A stretch of 34,887 nucleotides of DNA, from assembly GCA_049303835.1 (NCBI GenBank), contig JBAQNN010000003.1, positions 77,933 to 112,819 of the forward strand, in the 5' to 3' direction. The notes under the pieces are model-generated. The model searched no databases, had not been told where the DNA came from, and saw nothing but the letters and a program-made list of their open reading frames with translations. Both the position numbers and the translations under genes were made by a program. Of the stretch, positions 32,666 through 34,887 are shown in pieces. Numbering within the stretch: the first letter of the stretch is position 1; each line of letters starts with the position of its first letter. Source of the DNA: Minisyncoccia bacterium (GTDB lineage Bacteria; Patescibacteriota; Minisyncoccia; Phycocordibacterales; UBA9973).

Positions 32666-34171
32666 TTAGCTTTTAGCAAAGTTATTTTTAAAATTCTCAA
32701 TCACTTGTTTAATTTCTTCTTCTCCTTTTTCGCTCCACATTTTCTTTTCCAAGATTTCTTTAAAGAAGACTCTCGCATTGTTTTCACTATACTCCGTGAG
32801 ACCCTGTTCAAATTCTTTTATCTTCTCAACCGGCACATCATCCATATATCCTCTAGTCAAGGCAAAAAGGGTGACTACCTGATGCTCTGTTTTGATCGGA
32901 GCATATTGAAGCTGTTTCAGTACTTCTACCGCTCTCTTTCCTCTCTCCAACTGACGTTTGGTGGCATCATCTAAGTCAGAACCGAATTGGGCGAAAGCTT
33001 CAAGTTCACGAAACTGTGCCAAATCAAGTTTTAATGTTCCAGCGACTTTTTTCATCGCTTTGATTTGGGCACTAGACCCCACACGGGAAACAGAAAGCCC
33101 GACGTTTACTGCAGGGCGAATACCTTTGTAAAAAAGATCTGTTTCTAAGAAAATTTGTCCGTCAGTGATAGAAATAACGTTTGTCGGAATATAAGCAGAA
33201 ACATCACCTGCTTGGGTTTCCACTATCGGCAAAGCAGTGATGGACCCACCTCCGTATTCTTTATTTCTTCTGCAAGCACGTTCTAGCAAACGAGAATGCA
33301 AGTAAAAAACATCTCCCGGGTACGCTTCACGGCCTGGCGGACGGCGCAAAAGAAGAGAAATTTCGCGATAAGCGACAGCGTGCTTTGACAAATCATCATA
33401 AATAATAAGCACATCTTTTCCTTGGTCCATAAAATATTCTGCGATGGATACTCCGGTGTAAGGTGCAATATAGGCGAGAGGAGCTGATTCTGACGCCCCG
33501 GCTGAAACAATCACAGTGTACTTCATAGCACCACCTTCTTCCAAGCGAGTTTCAATTTTTCTTAGCTTAGAATCTTTTTGGCCGATAGACACATAGACAC
33601 ATATCATATTCTGACCTTTTTGATTCAAAATCGTATCAATTGCTATGGCTGTCTTCCCTGTTTGTCTGTCTCCAATGATAAGCTCACGCTGACCTCGGCC
33701 GATAGGAATAATAGAATCAATAACTTTTATACCAGTAGCCACTGGTTGATCCACAGACAAACGAGTGATGACTCCGGGAGCAACTTTTTCTATCGGATAA
33801 GTCTTGTCTGCCTTAAGGGCACCTTTACCATCTACCGGCACACCGATAGCATTGACAACTCTTCCCAAGATGTTATCAGAAACCGGAATTTCAAGAATTC
33901 TTCCTGTCGCTTTTACTTCATCACCTTCTTTAATCTTGGAAAAATCACCAAGGATAATTACTCCGATAGCATCTTCTTCCAAGTTTAGCGCCACACCTGT
34001 TTCGCCTCCTCTAAAAGTAACCATTTCCGAAGACTTAATATCCGAAAGTCCAGAGACCTTTGCAATACCGTCAAAAACCTCCATGACTTTTCCCACCTTT
34101 TCAACTTTTATTTGAGCAGAAAAATTTTCTATCTCTCTTTTTAAATTTTCAACAATATTGTTTGTATTCAT
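32666..34171 (-). CDS. atpA: F1 ATP synthase subunit alpha
   Basis: Walker [10 protein letters not shown] and the conserved [20 protein letters not shown]. Confidence 0.98.
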   Translation of the reverse strand: MNTNNIVENLKREIENFSAQIKVEKVGKVMEVFDGIAKVSGLSDIKSSEMVTFRGGETGVALNLEEDAIGVIILGDFSKIKEGDEVKATGRILEIPVSDNILGRVVNAIGVPVDGKGALKADKTYPIEKVAPGVITRLSVDQPVATGIKVIDSIIPIGRGQRELIIGDRQTGKTAIAIDTILNQKGQNMICVYVSIGQKDSKLRKIETRLEEGGAMKYTVIVSAGASESAPLAYIAPYTGVSIAEYFMDQGKDVLIIYDDLSKHAVAYREISLLLRRPPGREAYPGDVFYLHSRLLERACRRNKEYGGGSITALPIVETQAGDVSAYIPTNVISITDGQIFLETDLFYKGIRPAVNVGLSVSRVGSSAQIKAMKKVAGTLKLDLAQFRELEAFAQFGSDLDDATKRQLERGKRAVEVLKQLQYAPIKTEHQVVTLFALTRGYMDDVPVEKIKEFEQGLTEYSENNARVFFKEILEKKMWSEKGEEEIKQVIENFKNNFAKS

Positions 34172-34581
34172 ACCCTGTTGTTTGTTAAATGTTCTTGTAA
34201 TTTCTCTATCTTTTTCTTAATCGTTAAATCTATTATTTCATCACCCACCTCTACCTTGAATCCTCCTAACAACTTTTCATCTATTGTGTATTCCAAGGCA
34301 ACTTCTTTAACAAAATATCTGCGAGCTAGAGTTTCTATAATTTCTTTTTTTGTCGTCTCATCAATTTCTTTTCCGCTTGAAATTTTAGCCTTTATCCTCC
34401 CTTCGTATTTATTGATTATATTACTCAAACGAAGGAGAATGTCGGGGGCCTTGGGGAGTAATCTCTTCTTGTTTAAAAATTTGACGACTCTTCCATAAAC
34501 CAAAGACTGCTCTTCTTTGGCTTTATCCCTGGTTGCCAAGTAGATGGCATGAGCTATATCGTTGTTGGAAATAATCGCCAT
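34168..34581 (-). CDS. atpH: F1 ATP synthase subunit delta (short form)
   Basis: Sits between atpF and atpA, with an ATGA overlap onto atpA. The C-terminal [16 protein letters not shown] resembles the delta/OSCP C-terminus. Confidence 0.8.
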   Translation of the reverse strand: MAIISNNDIAHAIYLATRDKAKEEQSLVYGRVVKFLNKKRLLPKAPDILLRLSNIINKYEGRIKAKISSGKEIDETTKKEIIETLARRYFVKEVALEYTIDEKLLGGFKVEVGDEIIDLTIKKKIEKLQEHLTNNRV

Positions 34582-34588
34582 ATGTTTT

Positions 34589-34887
34589 TTATAAATTATT
34601 TAATTCTTTTACCGCTTTATTATCAAAAGTTTTATCAATCTTACCCGCGATCAGTTTCTCGGTCGCCCTCATAGCCAATTCCACTATTTCTTTTTTTGCT
34701 TCCTCTACCATTTTTATTTTTTCAGCTTCCAATATTTTTTTACCGTTTTCTACCACTAATGCCACTTCATTCTTGGCCTCTTCCAACATCGCCGCTTTTT
34801 TAGCAGTAGCTTCTTTTTTCCCTTCTTGAAATATTTCATTCGCTTCTGCCTTGGCTCTTCCGATAGCTTCGCCGTACTCTATATTTG
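34589..34887 (-). CDS. atpF: Fo ATP synthase subunit b (C-terminal part; the ORF runs off the window edge)
   Basis: The frame stays open upstream of the track Met to the window end (...EYGEAIGRAKAEANEIFQEGKKEATAKKAAMLEEAK...). Charged coiled-coil composition and operon position fit subunit b. Confidence 0.8.
   Translation of the reverse strand, partial: NIEYGEAIGRAKAEANEIFQEGKKEATAKKAAMLEEAKNEVALVVENGKKILEAEKIKMVEEAKKEIVELAMRATEKLIAGKIDKTFDNKAVKELNNL

Noticed and set aside
33283-34498. ORFs overlapping atpA/atpH in other frames (33283..33510, 33578..33988, 33804..34115, 34178..34498)
   Set aside because: They lie within highly conserved ATP synthase genes, so they are shadow frames.

Overview
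The window is a compact, low-GC, almost entirely housekeeping stretch. Gene content and style suggest a streamlined Patescibacteria/CPR-like (Parcubacteria-type) genome; that assignment is inference, since I cannot run a search.

Style features behind that guess: many 1-4 nt start/stop overlaps, extended -10 promoters, sortase plus an LPXTG substrate, a short DnaX and a motif-degenerate PriA.

Recognisable genes:
- Translation: rpmA, rplI, rpmG, frr, serS, miaA, dus, rsmI.
- Replication, repair, segregation: dnaX, holB-like, priA-like, topA, dprA, parB, a short MGMT.
- Envelope and division: PBP2, Ctp protease, ftsQ, murA, ddl, rseP, mreB.
- A RelA/SpoT enzyme.
- The F1Fo ATP synthase operon atpF(partial)-H-A-G-D-C.
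- Three tRNAs: Gln-UUG, Leu-CAA, Trp-CCA.

I saw no rRNA, CRISPR array, transposase, integrase or reverse transcriptase.

Observations that stand out:
1. Two small GC-rich cassettes with strongly atypical codon usage sit at about 7555-7795 and 28396-28768. Each has its own ribosome-binding site, small ORF(s) and a strong GC-rich terminator. The second has a perfect consensus TTGACA-17-TATAAT promoter just upstream, a 76-aa ORF and a coupled 25-codon Lys-flanked Ala/Leu peptide.
2. A 20/21-nt inverted repeat brackets an 815-bp segment holding the first cassette, tRNA-Gln and a zinc-ribbon gene.
3. Three genes are joined by TAATG stop/start overlaps: an LPXTG Cys-repeat protein, a sortase and a DUF2914-like membrane protein.
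4. A 40-nt hairpin element occurs once intergenically and once in frame inside the holB-like gene, with compensatory stem changes.
5. The PriA homologue has lost every helicase ATPase motif I can check but keeps its zinc-finger region.
6. tRNA-Leu abuts the murA start codon, and several genes have a promoter-to-ATG spacing that implies leaderless mRNAs.

All family names come from reading the translations from memory. No database search, alignment or folding was run.
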